NCBI GenBank assembly: GCA_963665275.2
Contig: CAXXIN010000012.1
Coordinates: 64,001 to 128,000, forward strand
DNA length: 64,000 nucleotides
Direction: 5' to 3'
Source of the DNA: Negativicutes bacterium
GTDB taxonomy: Bacteria > Bacillota > Negativicutes > UBA1444
In this document: in pieces, positions 9,919-19,725 of the stretch
How the letters are laid out: every line of letters starts with the position of its first letter
How positions within the stretch are numbered: position 1 is the stretch's first letter
Translations under genes and position numbers: made by a program
The notes under the pieces: model-generated
The model's database searches: none
Told to the model about the DNA's origin: nothing
The model's input: the letters and a program-made list of their open reading frames with translations, nothing else

Positions 9919-10587
9919 ATGAACCGGATTACCACCATCCCACTGGGATTCTCCAATGCCATCCTAGTCCAGGAATCAGGCACGATTCTCGTAGACACTG
10001 GCGCACCAGCCACGCAGCAAAAATATCAGGAAGTGTTCGCGAGTTTGCAGGTCAATCCGCAGGACATCCGACTGATCGTGATCACTCACGGCCACTCCGA
10101 CCATTTCGCCCACGCACGCGAACTACGTGAACTGACAGGTGCGCCCATATTGTGTCATCCAAAAGCTTTGCCCGCTTTGCGAACAGGCAAAAATCCACCC
10201 GTTCATCCGCGAAACGAACTGGGCGAGAGTGTCCTGAAAATGATTACCGGCAAAGAACCCCCTGCCATGCCGGTTGAACCGGACATTGTTATTGATTCGG
10301 ACTATGACCTGGCGTTCTTCGGCATAGCTGGCAAAATCATTTCCACGCCAGGACACAGCGACTGTTCCCTATCCGTACTCCTGGAGTCAGGGAATGCAAT
10401 CGTCGGCGACCTGGTCGTTTCCTCTCCTTTCAACCGCAAGGCAAGCATAGCCTATTTCGCAGACAACCCTGCCGCGCTCTTCGCCAGTGTCCGAAAGTTG
10501 CTCCCGTTTGCCCACACATTTTACAGCGGACATGGCGGCCCTTTTACGCGCGAGCAAGTGGAAACCGCGCTGCAGGAAAAAGGGTAA
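9919..10587 (+). CDS. MBL-fold metallo-hydrolase
   Basis: THGHSDH, TPGHS, GD, SGHG. Confidence 0.9.
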   Translation: MNRITTIPLGFSNAILVQESGTILVDTGAPATQQKYQEVFASLQVNPQDIRLIVITHGHSDHFAHARELRELTGAPILCHPKALPALRTGKNPPVHPRNELGESVLKMITGKEPPAMPVEPDIVIDSDYDLAFFGIAGKIISTPGHSDCSLSVLLESGNAIVGDLVVSSPFNRKASIAYFADNPAALFASVRKLLPFAHTFYSGHGGPFTREQVETALQEKG

Positions 10588-10594
10588 CGCTTTT

Positions 10595-10641
10595 TTGTTT
10601 ATTTGCACAACAATATTTCGTTTTTTTGTACTCACAGACAT
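10595..10641 (+). promoter_or_regulatory. Two tandem TTGT-N8-ACAA/ACAT boxes, putative PucR-family operator
   Basis: TTGTttatttgcACAA (10595-10610) and TTGTactcacagACAT (10626-10641), 31 bp apart, abutting the -35. Confidence 0.4.
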
Positions 10642-10669
10642 AGACGTTGAAAATCATTTTTGTTATGAT
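10641..10669 (+). promoter_or_regulatory. SigA promoter with extended -10 for the pucR operon
   Basis: TAGACG-N17-TATGAT with TG one base upstream of the -10. Confidence 0.5.
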
Positions 10670-10711
10670 ACATGCATAGGTGTGGTTGCTCAAGTCGACA
10701 TCATACAACAG

Positions 10712-10751
10712 CAGCAATGAGGCTGGCAGAGAATTCTTCTGCCGGCTTTTT
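10712..10751 (+). promoter_or_regulatory. ANTAR-type RNA hairpin overlapping a leader intrinsic terminator
   Basis: CAGC-AATGAG-GCTG (hexaloop with A1 and G4); its 3' arm is the 5' arm of terminator GGCTGGCAGA-gaattct-TCTGCCGGCT-TTTT. Confidence 0.65.
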
Positions 10752-10803
10752 CATTAAGGTGTTTCGCGCAAACATTCCTGGCGATGAAAGAAAGGGGCAC
10801 ACG

Positions 10804-12015
10804 ATGGCTCTCAAATTGAAAGACCTTTTCGGGTTGCCCCAACTGAAGAACCTTAAACTGGTGGCCGGTTCCGCTGGTCTGGACCGCGCCCTTCACTGGG
10901 TTCATGTAGTGGAGCTGCCTGATGTCATGCATTGGACTCTGGGCGGCGAACTGCTTTTCATGACCGGTATCGGGATTCGGGACAACCTGGCAATCCTTTC
11001 ACGGATTGTCGAAGAATGCTCGCGCCGCAATATCGCCGGCCTGGTCCTTAACGTTGGTCCCTATATCCCAGCCACCCCGCCCGAGGTGATCGAATTGGCG
11101 GATGCGCTGGGGTTCCCTGTGTTCGAGCTGCCCTGGGAAGTGAAGTTAGTCGAAGTCACGCGGGAAATTTGCAACCATATCATGAACCAACAGGTCGAAG
11201 AAAAGTCGATCCAGGACATCATCGAAAACATCCTCTATGGCGACTGCTCCAATCCCGAGCTCCTATCAACCCGGGCCGCGCTATATGACTACGACCTCAC
11301 CAAACCCCATCGGGTGCTGTTTGTAAGATACAGCCGTGTTCTTCCTTCGAACAGACCTGATATGAATACCGAGCAGAAAGTTCTGGAAGACAAGCAAAAA
11401 ATCCAGCAAATCGTCCAGGATGCTTTTCGACGATCCGCAAAGAAAGTGCTGTTCACCAGCCGTTCCGACCGCATCGTCCTGTTGGTTCCCTCTGATGGCA
11501 GCATGCAGGAATCTCAACGTGTTGAGTCTATTGCGCATAGTATCCTGCAAACCGCCGCCGAGCAGATGAAAAACATCCAGATGCATATCGGGTGGGGAAA
11601 TCCTTTCGAAGCCCTGCAGGATGGCAAAAAAAGCATGGAACAGGCCGAACTGGCTCTGAAGGTGGGCATCACATCAGGCCGGAAAAAGTTTTTCGGCTAT
11701 GAATCACTCGGTTTTTACAAAGTGCTGTTCAACGTATCCAACCGCAAGGAACTGGAGACTTTTCGCTTGGAAGTTTTGGGCCCGCTGAATGACTACGACC
11801 AACGGCACAAAGGGGAACTGCTGCCGACCTTGACCGCCTATCTGGAAGACACCGAGAACCTGGCCCTCGTTGCCGAGCGGCTCCATATTCACCGCAACAC
11901 GCTCCGCTACCGGATGCAAAAAGTGGAAGAACTCACCGGACGCAACCTCAATGACACTCAGGACCGGATGCATCTGTATTTCGCAACGGTTGTCGACAAA
12001 TACCTCAGTTTATAG
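10804..12015 (+). CDS. PucR family transcriptional regulator
   Basis: N-terminal LVAGSAGLDRALHWVHVVE...GGELL purine-catabolism regulator domain; C-terminal LHIHRNTLRYR HTH. Confidence 0.92.
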   Translation: MALKLKDLFGLPQLKNLKLVAGSAGLDRALHWVHVVELPDVMHWTLGGELLFMTGIGIRDNLAILSRIVEECSRRNIAGLVLNVGPYIPATPPEVIELADALGFPVFELPWEVKLVEVTREICNHIMNQQVEEKSIQDIIENILYGDCSNPELLSTRAALYDYDLTKPHRVLFVRYSRVLPSNRPDMNTEQKVLEDKQKIQQIVQDAFRRSAKKVLFTSRSDRIVLLVPSDGSMQESQRVESIAHSILQTAAEQMKNIQMHIGWGNPFEALQDGKKSMEQAELALKVGITSGRKKFFGYESLGFYKVLFNVSNRKELETFRLEVLGPLNDYDQRHKGELLPTLTAYLEDTENLALVAERLHIHRNTLRYRMQKVEELTGRNLNDTQDRMHLYFATVVDKYLSL

Positions 12016-12034
12016 CAAGGAGCGAAGGCGATCC

Positions 12035-13255
12035 ATGGATACTAAAATCATTGACGCAGCAGCCAAACTAAAAGAAGAAATGTTCACTTTTGCCCAAAGA
12101 CTGATTCAGACGCCCAGCCTCAGTGGTGAGGAAAAAGCATTGGCCGAATTATGTGAGTCCGAGATGGTCCGCCTCGGCTATGACGAAGTTTTTATCGATG
12201 GTATCGGGAATGTTGTGGGAATCATCCGCGGCTCCGGTGATGGCTGCAACCTTATGTACAACTCCCATATGGATCACGTCGACCCTGGCAATGAAGCGCT
12301 TTGGGACTACCCGCCCTACGGCGCGGTAATGGCTGATGGGTATATTCACGGGCGCGCCGCCAGCGATGTCAAAGGAGGTCTCGCCGCCCAGATTTACGCC
12401 GGAGCCTTGCTGCGCCAGGCTGGAATTCCGCTGCGGGGCGATTACATCGTCACCGGCGTTGTTCAGGAAGAACCGGCGGAAATGCTGGGCATCCAGTACT
12501 TATGCGATAAAACGTTTCCTGCACATGGACTCCGTTTTGATCTGATGATCAGTTCCGAAGCTACCGGTCTGAATTTATTTCTGGGCCATCGCGGTCGTGT
12601 GGAACTGGAAGTCGTGACTGAAGGGCGCACCAGTCATGGTAGCGCTCCCTGGAGGGGCATCAATGCCGTAACTAAAATGCTGCCTGTGCTCGATCAGGTC
12701 AATCGCCTGGCCGAAAGTCTTCCCACTCACCCGATCCTTGGGCAGTCCACCCTCGCATTGACCAATATTACCTGCAGTCCCGGCCGATTGTCGATCATTC
12801 CGGATATTTGCACCGTTTCCCTCGACCGTCGATTGCTGCCGGAAGAAAGCTGCGAATTGGCATTGGCTCAAATCGAGGCCATCTTAACCGATCTCTCGGC
12901 AAAGGATCCCGAATTCAAGGCTCAGGTCCGCATCCGAACGGTTCGTGAAACTTCTTGGACCGGCGTATCGATGGACTGCGAGAAAAAAATGGCAGCCTGG
13001 ATAATCCGTCCCGATCATCCCCTGGTTATCGAAACGGTGAAAGCGCTCAACTCCATCGGCCAGACACCCGATTTCGGCAAATGGGATTTTGGCACCGATG
13101 CCAGCTATGTCACGGGCGTACTCGGCATCCCCACGATTGGCTATTCTCCTATGGAAGAACAGTATGCACATACGCCCCAGGACCGGGTCAGTACAGAAAT
13201 GATGCTCAAAGCTCTGGCAGGCAACGCAGCCATTGCCCGGCGCATCGCCGGATAA
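12035..13255 (+). CDS. M20 family metallo-amidohydrolase, YgeY-like
   Basis: SHMDHV, GRAASDVKGG, VQEE, GHRGR, HGSAPWRG, WDFGTD. Confidence 0.85.
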   Translation: MDTKIIDAAAKLKEEMFTFAQRLIQTPSLSGEEKALAELCESEMVRLGYDEVFIDGIGNVVGIIRGSGDGCNLMYNSHMDHVDPGNEALWDYPPYGAVMADGYIHGRAASDVKGGLAAQIYAGALLRQAGIPLRGDYIVTGVVQEEPAEMLGIQYLCDKTFPAHGLRFDLMISSEATGLNLFLGHRGRVELEVVTEGRTSHGSAPWRGINAVTKMLPVLDQVNRLAESLPTHPILGQSTLALTNITCSPGRLSIIPDICTVSLDRRLLPEESCELALAQIEAILTDLSAKDPEFKAQVRIRTVRETSWTGVSMDCEKKMAAWIIRPDHPLVIETVKALNSIGQTPDFGKWDFGTDASYVTGVLGIPTIGYSPMEEQYAHTPQDRVSTEMMLKALAGNAAIARRIAG

Positions 13256-13289
13256 CCGTCTGAAATTAAAATTACTGGAGGAGATCAAC

Positions 13290-14447
13290 ATGTCCATCGA
13301 TCTGTTTCAATCCCCTGAACGTCTTTTGTTCGGCTGGGGCAGCGTGGAAAAATCCGGGGAGGAAGCGTTGCGTTATGGAACCAAAGCAATGCTTGTCAGC
13401 GGCAAAACTTCTTCCCGCGCCAGCGGAGCGCTTGACGCGGTGTGCGCTTCCCTGAAATCGGCCGGTATCGCCGTGACGTTGTTTTGTGAAGCGGAATCCG
13501 ATCCCAGCGTCCGCACAATCACCGCCGGTACCGCGCTTGCCAGAGAAATCGGCGCCGAGGTGATCATCGCACTCGGCGGTGGCAGTCCTCTTGATGCCGG
13601 CAAAGCCATTGGCCTCATGGCCGCCAATGACGGCAACATCACCAACTATGAAAAAACTGCGCCAACGAAGCCCGGTCTACCGGTCATCGCCATCCCCACG
13701 ACCGCCGGTACCGGCAGTGAAGTGACAAAATTCGTTGTAATTACCGACACCGAACGAAAAGTGAAAATGTTGATCAGCACTCCTTTCCTAATCCCCAGAG
13801 TCGCGTTGCTCGACCCCCAGCTCACGCTGAGCATCCCGTCCGCTTACACAGCCGGACCGGGAATGGACGCACTGACCCATGCCATTGAAGCTTTTCAATC
13901 CAGCCTCGCTTCCCCCACCACCGATGTGTTTGCCCTCTCTGCCATCCGCCTGATCGGAGGCCATCTCGTCAAGGCAACCTTAAACGGCGCCAACATCGAG
14001 GCCCGCACCGCCATGTTGCTCGGTCAGATGCATGCCGGTCTTGCCTTCGGCAATGCTTCGGTAGCTCTCGTCCATGCCATGTCCCGACCGCTCGGCGCGC
14101 ACTTCGGCATTCCTCATGGTCAAGCCAATGCCATTTTGTTGCCTTGGGTCATGAAATACAACAGGCCTGCCTGCCCGGAAAAATTCGTCCGAATTGCCGA
14201 AGCTCTTGGCTGTGAGGTAAAGGGACTGTCGCTAAGAGAATCCAGTCAGCTCGCCGTGGATACCGTACGCGAAATTTATGCCGATACCGGGCTGCCGCTT
14301 ACACTCGCCGAACTCGGCGTTCCGGCAGACGCCTTGCCCCAGCTCGCCAAAGATGCGTCGCAAAGCGGCAGCGTGCTCTTTAATCCCCGCAAACCGACCT
14401 TAAGTGAAATCGAACAACTCTATCATTCATGCCTGAACGGCAAATAA
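13290..14447 (+). CDS. Iron-containing (family III) alcohol dehydrogenase
   Basis: GGGSPLD, PTTAGTGSE, DALTHAIE, HAMS, PHG. Confidence 0.92.
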   Translation: MSIDLFQSPERLLFGWGSVEKSGEEALRYGTKAMLVSGKTSSRASGALDAVCASLKSAGIAVTLFCEAESDPSVRTITAGTALAREIGAEVIIALGGGSPLDAGKAIGLMAANDGNITNYEKTAPTKPGLPVIAIPTTAGTGSEVTKFVVITDTERKVKMLISTPFLIPRVALLDPQLTLSIPSAYTAGPGMDALTHAIEAFQSSLASPTTDVFALSAIRLIGGHLVKATLNGANIEARTAMLLGQMHAGLAFGNASVALVHAMSRPLGAHFGIPHGQANAILLPWVMKYNRPACPEKFVRIAEALGCEVKGLSLRESSQLAVDTVREIYADTGLPLTLAELGVPADALPQLAKDASQSGSVLFNPRKPTLSEIEQLYHSCLNGK

Positions 14448-14464
14448 GAAGGGAGCGAAGCCGT

Positions 14465-15847
14465 ATGACAACCCCAATCAACGTAGAAGAATTGATTGCC
14501 CAGGAAAAGGAACATCTCTGGCTCCATCTGACCAACCACAAAATGATGGAGACTCAGGAACCTCAAATCATGGTATCAGGCAATGGTTGCAACATCACGG
14601 ACGCCCGGGGCAACGAATACCTTGATATGCTCTCCGGCGGCGTATGGTGCGTCAATGTCGGCTATGGACGCGAATCGATGGTGCAGGCCGCTGCCGACCA
14701 GCTTCGCACCCTTCCCTACTATGCCGGGACAGTGGCTACCCCTCCCTACATCCATCTGGCAACCAAGCTCGCTTCCCTGCTGCCAGCGCTCCCCAAAGTC
14801 TACATTTCAAACAGTGGATCTGAAGCCAATGAAAAAGCGTTCAAAATGTCTCGCCTGTACTTCGGCGTCACCGAAACGCAAAAAGAGAAACATAAAATCA
14901 TTTACCGTGACCGGGATTATCATGGCAGCACCCTGGCGGTCCTCGCCGCCGGCGGACAAAAGGAAAGAAAGGCCGGTTACGGCCCTTATCCGGAAGGGTT
15001 CGTGGAAATCCCCCACGCATGCTGTTATCGCTGTCCGTTCGGCAAGGAATATCCGAACTGCGAGATCGACTGCGCCCGTGCTCTGGAAACAACCATTCTA
15101 AAGGAAGGTCCCGACACCGTGGCGGCGATCATTCTTGAACCAATCACTGCCGGTGGCGGCATCATACCGCCGGTTCCGGAGTATTTCCCGCTCATCCAGT
15201 CTATCTGCCGCAAATACGAGGTGCTCCTCATTATCGACGAAGTAGTCGCCGGGTTCGGGCGGACAGGGAAAATGTTCGGCCATGATCACTACGATGTGCA
15301 ACCTGATATGGTGACTCTCGCCAAAGGCATCGCAAGCTCCTACATGCCGCTCTCGGCTACGCTCGCCACCAAAGCGGTTTTTGACCGATTCCTGACCTCG
15401 CCGACCGATACCTTCGGTTATTTCCGTGACATCAGCACTTACGGCGGCTGCACTGCAGGCTGTAGTGTAGCACTGGAAAACATCCGCATCATCGAAGAAG
15501 AAAAGTTGGTTGAAAACAGCGCCGTGTTGGGCCGCTACCTGCTCGATCAACTGAAGCAGTTCGCCGATCACCCGATGGTTGGGGACATCCGCGGCCTGGG
15601 CCTGTTCGCCGGCATCGAGATCGTCGACGACAAAAAGACCAAAGCACCTTCCGCAGAAGGCACTTTGGCCGGCATCGTGGCTGATGTTAAAAAGCAGGGC
15701 ATTCTGATGGGACGGATGGGACGCAGCGTTCCTGGACTCAACAACGTTCTCACGCTCGCCCCTGCCCTCATCGTCACCAAAGAGCAGATCGACTCAACCG
15801 TCAAAGCGATCGGCGTTGCTCTGGGCAACCTGAAAGCTGCAAAATAG
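14465..15847 (+). CDS. Class III aminotransferase, taurine/beta-alanine:pyruvate aminotransferase-like
   Basis: YLDMLSGGVWCVNVGYGR, SNSGSEANEKAFK, IIDEVVAGFGRTG, TLAKG, YFRDISTYGGC; strongly resembles Tpa-type enzymes. Confidence 0.85.
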   Translation: MTTPINVEELIAQEKEHLWLHLTNHKMMETQEPQIMVSGNGCNITDARGNEYLDMLSGGVWCVNVGYGRESMVQAAADQLRTLPYYAGTVATPPYIHLATKLASLLPALPKVYISNSGSEANEKAFKMSRLYFGVTETQKEKHKIIYRDRDYHGSTLAVLAAGGQKERKAGYGPYPEGFVEIPHACCYRCPFGKEYPNCEIDCARALETTILKEGPDTVAAIILEPITAGGGIIPPVPEYFPLIQSICRKYEVLLIIDEVVAGFGRTGKMFGHDHYDVQPDMVTLAKGIASSYMPLSATLATKAVFDRFLTSPTDTFGYFRDISTYGGCTAGCSVALENIRIIEEEKLVENSAVLGRYLLDQLKQFADHPMVGDIRGLGLFAGIEIVDDKKTKAPSAEGTLAGIVADVKKQGILMGRMGRSVPGLNNVLTLAPALIVTKEQIDSTVKAIGVALGNLKAAK

Positions 15848-15858
15848 TACGAACCGAC

Positions 15859-18800
15859 TTAGCCTGCGTCCGGTCTGGACAACTCAAGCAGCAAATCTCC
15901 GGATTCAATTGAGTCACCGGGTTTGACGAAAATTTCTTTCACGAAGCCATGAATGGGCGCCTGAATCGAGGTTTCCATCTTCATGGCTTCTGTTGCAACC
16001 AACGGGGTTCCTTTTTTTACCTTGGCGCCTGTTTGCACCATCACCTTGACAACAGAACCGGACATTGTCGCCGCCACGTGCTCCGGGTTAGCGGGGTCGG
16101 CTTTGCGGCGCTCGGCAACCGTGGTTTCCACGGCCTTGTCCTTGATCAACGTTTCCCGCACCGATCCATTCAACTCAAAACTGACTACCCTAACTCCGGC
16201 GGCATCAGGAGCACCAACGGACAGCAGCCGGATATTGAGCGTTTTTCCTTGCTGAATATCCACACTGATTTCTTCTCCCGGCAGCATGCCATAGAAGAAG
16301 GTTGGGGTATCCAGCATCGACATATCGCCATATTCCTGCATGAATCCGACCCATTCCTTGAATACCTTGGGATATAGGGCATAAGAAAGCACATCTTTTT
16401 CCGTCACATCACGGTGAGGAATTGCTCCGACGGCAACCCGCAGCGCGTCGAAATCAACCGGCGCCATCAGTTCGCCAGGCCGACAATCCAGAGGTTTTTT
16501 GCCCTTGAGGATGATTGCTTGCAGTTTTTCAGGGAAACCTTGATACGGTTGCCCGATCTGACCTTCAAAGAATTCGACCACCGACTGTGGGAAATTGAGC
16601 CGGTCTCCTTTGGCGTAAATGTCGTCTTCTGACAGACCATTCTCCACCATGAACAGGGCCATGTCGCCCACAACTTTGGACGAAGGAGTAACTTTCACGA
16701 TATCGCCGAACAGGTCGTTGACCCTGCGGTACATCTTTTTGACTTCTTCCCAACGCGGTTCCAGTCCCAGCGCCTTGGCCTGCTGTTTGAGATTGCTGTA
16801 TTGGCCGCCCGGCATCTCGTGCTCGTACACTTCCGGATTGGGAGAAAACAGTTTCGCGTCAAAGTCTGCGTAATAGGAACGAACATCTTCCCAGTAATGG
16901 GATAGCTCATTCAATCCCAGAATTTCGGCATCCGGTTGGCGTTTGTGACCCGAAAGGGCATAATAAAGACTGTTGGCGCTTGGCTGAGAGGTCATGCCTG
17001 CCAGCGAAGAAATCGATACATCCACGATATCCACGCCGGCATCAATCGCCCGCGCATACGTATAGACCCCGTTGCCGCTCGTGTCATGAGTATGAAGGTG
17101 AACCGGAATGTCGACCGCATCTTTGATCGCCGACACCAGCTGATAAGCCGCTTCCGGTTTCAAGAGGCCCGCCATGTCCTTGATGCCCAGAATATGAGCA
17201 CCGGCTGTTTCCATCTCTTTCGCCATGTTCACGTAATATTTCAGGTCATATTTGCTGCGATCAGGGTTTAGAATATCCCCTGTATAACATAGCGCCGCTT
17301 CCGCGACCTTGCCTGACTCGCGCACGGCCTCGATGGCGACTCGCATGCTGTCCAGCCAGTTCAGGCTGTCAAATATCCGAAATACATCGATCCCGGCTGC
17401 AGCGGACTCAGCCACAAAATTTCTTACCACATTGTCGGGATAATTCGTGTACCCTACGGCATTGGCGGAGCGCAGCAGCATCTGGAACAAAATATTGGGG
17501 GATTTTTTCCGCAGGACGGCCAGCCGCTCCCACGGATCTTCATGCAAGAACCGGTAGGCTACGTCAAAAGTGGCGCCGCCCCACATTTCCAGGGAAAACA
17601 GCTGGGGCATCAGACTCGAGGTAGGCTCGATAATATCGATGATATCCCTTGAACGGACACGGGTGGCCAGCAAGGACTGATGCGCATCACGCAACGTCGT
17701 ATCTGTCAGCAGCACCTTGTCTTGCGCTTTGATCCAGGAAATCAATCCACCGACGCCGCGTTCATCCAAAATCTGCTTGGTACCGGACGGAGCCTCTCCC
17801 ACCGGCACTTCCGGCATGCGTGGCGTTTGATAGGCCGTCTTTTCCTTGCGTGAAATTCCTTCGTAGCCATTGACAGTGATGTTCCCCAGATATTTGAGCA
17901 ACTTGGTCGCCCGGTCTTTACGGTCAGGAAAAACGAATAATTCCGGCGAACTGTCGACAAAAGAAGTATCATAGGAACCTTGCAGAAATTTTTCATGCCC
18001 CACCACGTTGGCCAAAAAAGGAATATTGGTCTTGACTCCGCGAATGCGGAACTCTCCGAGGCACCGCTGCATCTTGGCGATGGCTGCTTTGCGGGTCAGG
18101 CCCCAAGTCATGGCCTTCACCAGCAGCGAATCGTAATAGGGCGTGATCACCGAGCCAGTGAAAGCATTACTGCCGTCCAGACGCAGACCGAACCCGCCGC
18201 CGCTGCGGTAGGTGGTCAGTTTCCCGGTGTCCGGCAGGAAGTTGTTGGCAGGATCTTCTGTGGTCACCCTGCACTGGATGGCATGTCCGTAGCAGTGGAT
18301 GAGCTCCTGGGCCGGGATCCCGATCTCATCGCCGTGCAGGGCATACCCATCGGCGATGAGCAGCTGCGACTGAACGATATCTATGCCTGTGACCATTTCC
18401 GTGATGGTATGCTCCACCTGGACGCGGGGGTTGACCTCAATGAAATAGAATTGATGCTCCGGCGTCACCAGGAATTCCACCGTTCCGGCATTTACGTACC
18501 CAACGTTTTGCATCAGCCGGACAGCGGCCTGGCAGATATCCAGCCTCAGCGAATCAGGCAGCGCGGCCGGCGCGACTTCCACCAATTTCTGATGGCGTCG
18601 CTGAACCGAACAGTCCCGCTCATAAAGATGAACGATGTTGCCGTATTGGTCTCCCAGTATCTGCACTTCAATATGTCGGGGGTTCTCCAGAAGTTTTTCC
18701 AGGTATACCTCATCGCTGCCAAACGAAGCTTTCGCTTCGGATCGTGCTTGGTTGTAGAGACCTTCCAGCGATTCGGCGTCGCGTACAACCCGCATGCCGC

Positions 18801-19305
18801 GACCGCCGCCGCCCAAAACCGCCTTGATCATGATCGGGAACCCATGCCTGGACGTGAAGTCCCTGACTTCTTCCAGGCTGGCAACAGGTCCGTCAGTTCC
18901 CGGAATCATCGGGATTCCGGCGTTTTTCGCCTGGATCCGGGCATTGATTTTATCACCGAACATGGTCAAATGACGCAGCTCAGGCCCGATAAAAATCAGG
19001 TTTTCTTCTGCACAGCGTTTGGCCAGCTGCGCATTTTCGGCGAGAAAACCATATCCGGGGTGAATGGCGTCCACATTATTTTCTTTCGCAATTTTCAGGA
19101 TTCCTTCAATGTCCAGATACGCCTCAATGGGGCCCTTCCCCTCGCCGATCAGATAGGTTTCGTCCGCTTTGTAACGATGCAGGGACAAAACATCCTCCTG
19201 CGAATAAATAGCCACGGTTCGAATCCCCAGCTCGGTGCAGGCCCGAAAGACACGTATGGCTATTTCGCCGCGATTCGCAACCAACACCGTTTTAATTCTG
19301 TTCAT
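15859..19305 (-). CDS. pyc: Pyruvate carboxylase
   Basis: VANRGEIA, ERDCSVQRRHQK, DTTLRDAHQSL, and EAMKM biotin attachment site; 1148 aa. Confidence 0.97.
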   Translation of the reverse strand: MNRIKTVLVANRGEIAIRVFRACTELGIRTVAIYSQEDVLSLHRYKADETYLIGEGKGPIEAYLDIEGILKIAKENNVDAIHPGYGFLAENAQLAKRCAEENLIFIGPELRHLTMFGDKINARIQAKNAGIPMIPGTDGPVASLEEVRDFTSRHGFPIMIKAVLGGGGRGMRVVRDAESLEGLYNQARSEAKASFGSDEVYLEKLLENPRHIEVQILGDQYGNIVHLYERDCSVQRRHQKLVEVAPAALPDSLRLDICQAAVRLMQNVGYVNAGTVEFLVTPEHQFYFIEVNPRVQVEHTITEMVTGIDIVQSQLLIADGYALHGDEIGIPAQELIHCYGHAIQCRVTTEDPANNFLPDTGKLTTYRSGGGFGLRLDGSNAFTGSVITPYYDSLLVKAMTWGLTRKAAIAKMQRCLGEFRIRGVKTNIPFLANVVGHEKFLQGSYDTSFVDSSPELFVFPDRKDRATKLLKYLGNITVNGYEGISRKEKTAYQTPRMPEVPVGEAPSGTKQILDERGVGGLISWIKAQDKVLLTDTTLRDAHQSLLATRVRSRDIIDIIEPTSSLMPQLFSLEMWGGATFDVAYRFLHEDPWERLAVLRKKSPNILFQMLLRSANAVGYTNYPDNVVRNFVAESAAAGIDVFRIFDSLNWLDSMRVAIEAVRESGKVAEAALCYTGDILNPDRSKYDLKYYVNMAKEMETAGAHILGIKDMAGLLKPEAAYQLVSAIKDAVDIPVHLHTHDTSGNGVYTYARAIDAGVDIVDVSISSLAGMTSQPSANSLYYALSGHKRQPDAEILGLNELSHYWEDVRSYYADFDAKLFSPNPEVYEHEMPGGQYSNLKQQAKALGLEPRWEEVKKMYRRVNDLFGDIVKVTPSSKVVGDMALFMVENGLSEDDIYAKGDRLNFPQSVVEFFEGQIGQPYQGFPEKLQAIILKGKKPLDCRPGELMAPVDFDALRVAVGAIPHRDVTEKDVLSYALYPKVFKEWVGFMQEYGDMSMLDTPTFFYGMLPGEEISVDIQQGKTLNIRLLSVGAPDAAGVRVVSFELNGSVRETLIKDKAVETTVAERRKADPANPEHVAATMSGSVVKVMVQTGAKVKKGTPLVATEAMKMETSIQAPIHGFVKEIFVKPGDSIESGDLLLELSRPDAG

Positions 19306-19669
19306 TTCAAGCCCACTCCTTTTGCTTCATTTTCAGGCGCGCCTTGCAACACACTTTTAAAGTCTACCACAAATATTTTTCCGCCTCAAGAAAAAAAAAC
19401 ACCGAAATGTCCGTATTTCATTTCGTGATAATTGATGTTTTTATTAAAAAAATACCTTACTCAAATCCACAATTTTTCTTTGTAAAATTTGACTTTAATG
19501 CGTTTTTTTATTCGCGCCATTATTTATTTTTTCTTGAATTTTCTTTGCGGAAATTTCCTTAATTCAAAAAAAGTTGCCGTATAACCAGCAATCGTTTCTC
19601 CCACGTAACACACCCAGCCATTTTTCACACTTTAACAATATTATCGACGCGCCCGCCTAATCCAGAGCG

Positions 19670-19713
19670 AAAAAATGCCTGGTATGGGTTTTTTCCCTAC
19701 CAGGCATTTTTTT
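19670..19713. terminator. Intrinsic terminator of the urt-amidase-ygeY operon
   Basis: AAAAAATGCCTGGTA...TACCAGGCATTTTTTT inverted repeat. Confidence 0.8.
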
Positions 19714-19725
19714 GCTCTATTATTT

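Noticed and set aside
10679-10700. TGTGGTTG..AAGTCGA resembling the start of the raiA motif RNA or a riboswitch
   Set aside because: The similarity is only a few bases and the rest of the motif is absent; the ANTAR hairpin plus terminator explains the leader better.
17980-19428. 482-aa plus-strand ORF
   Set aside because: Antisense to the biotin carboxylase domain of pyc.
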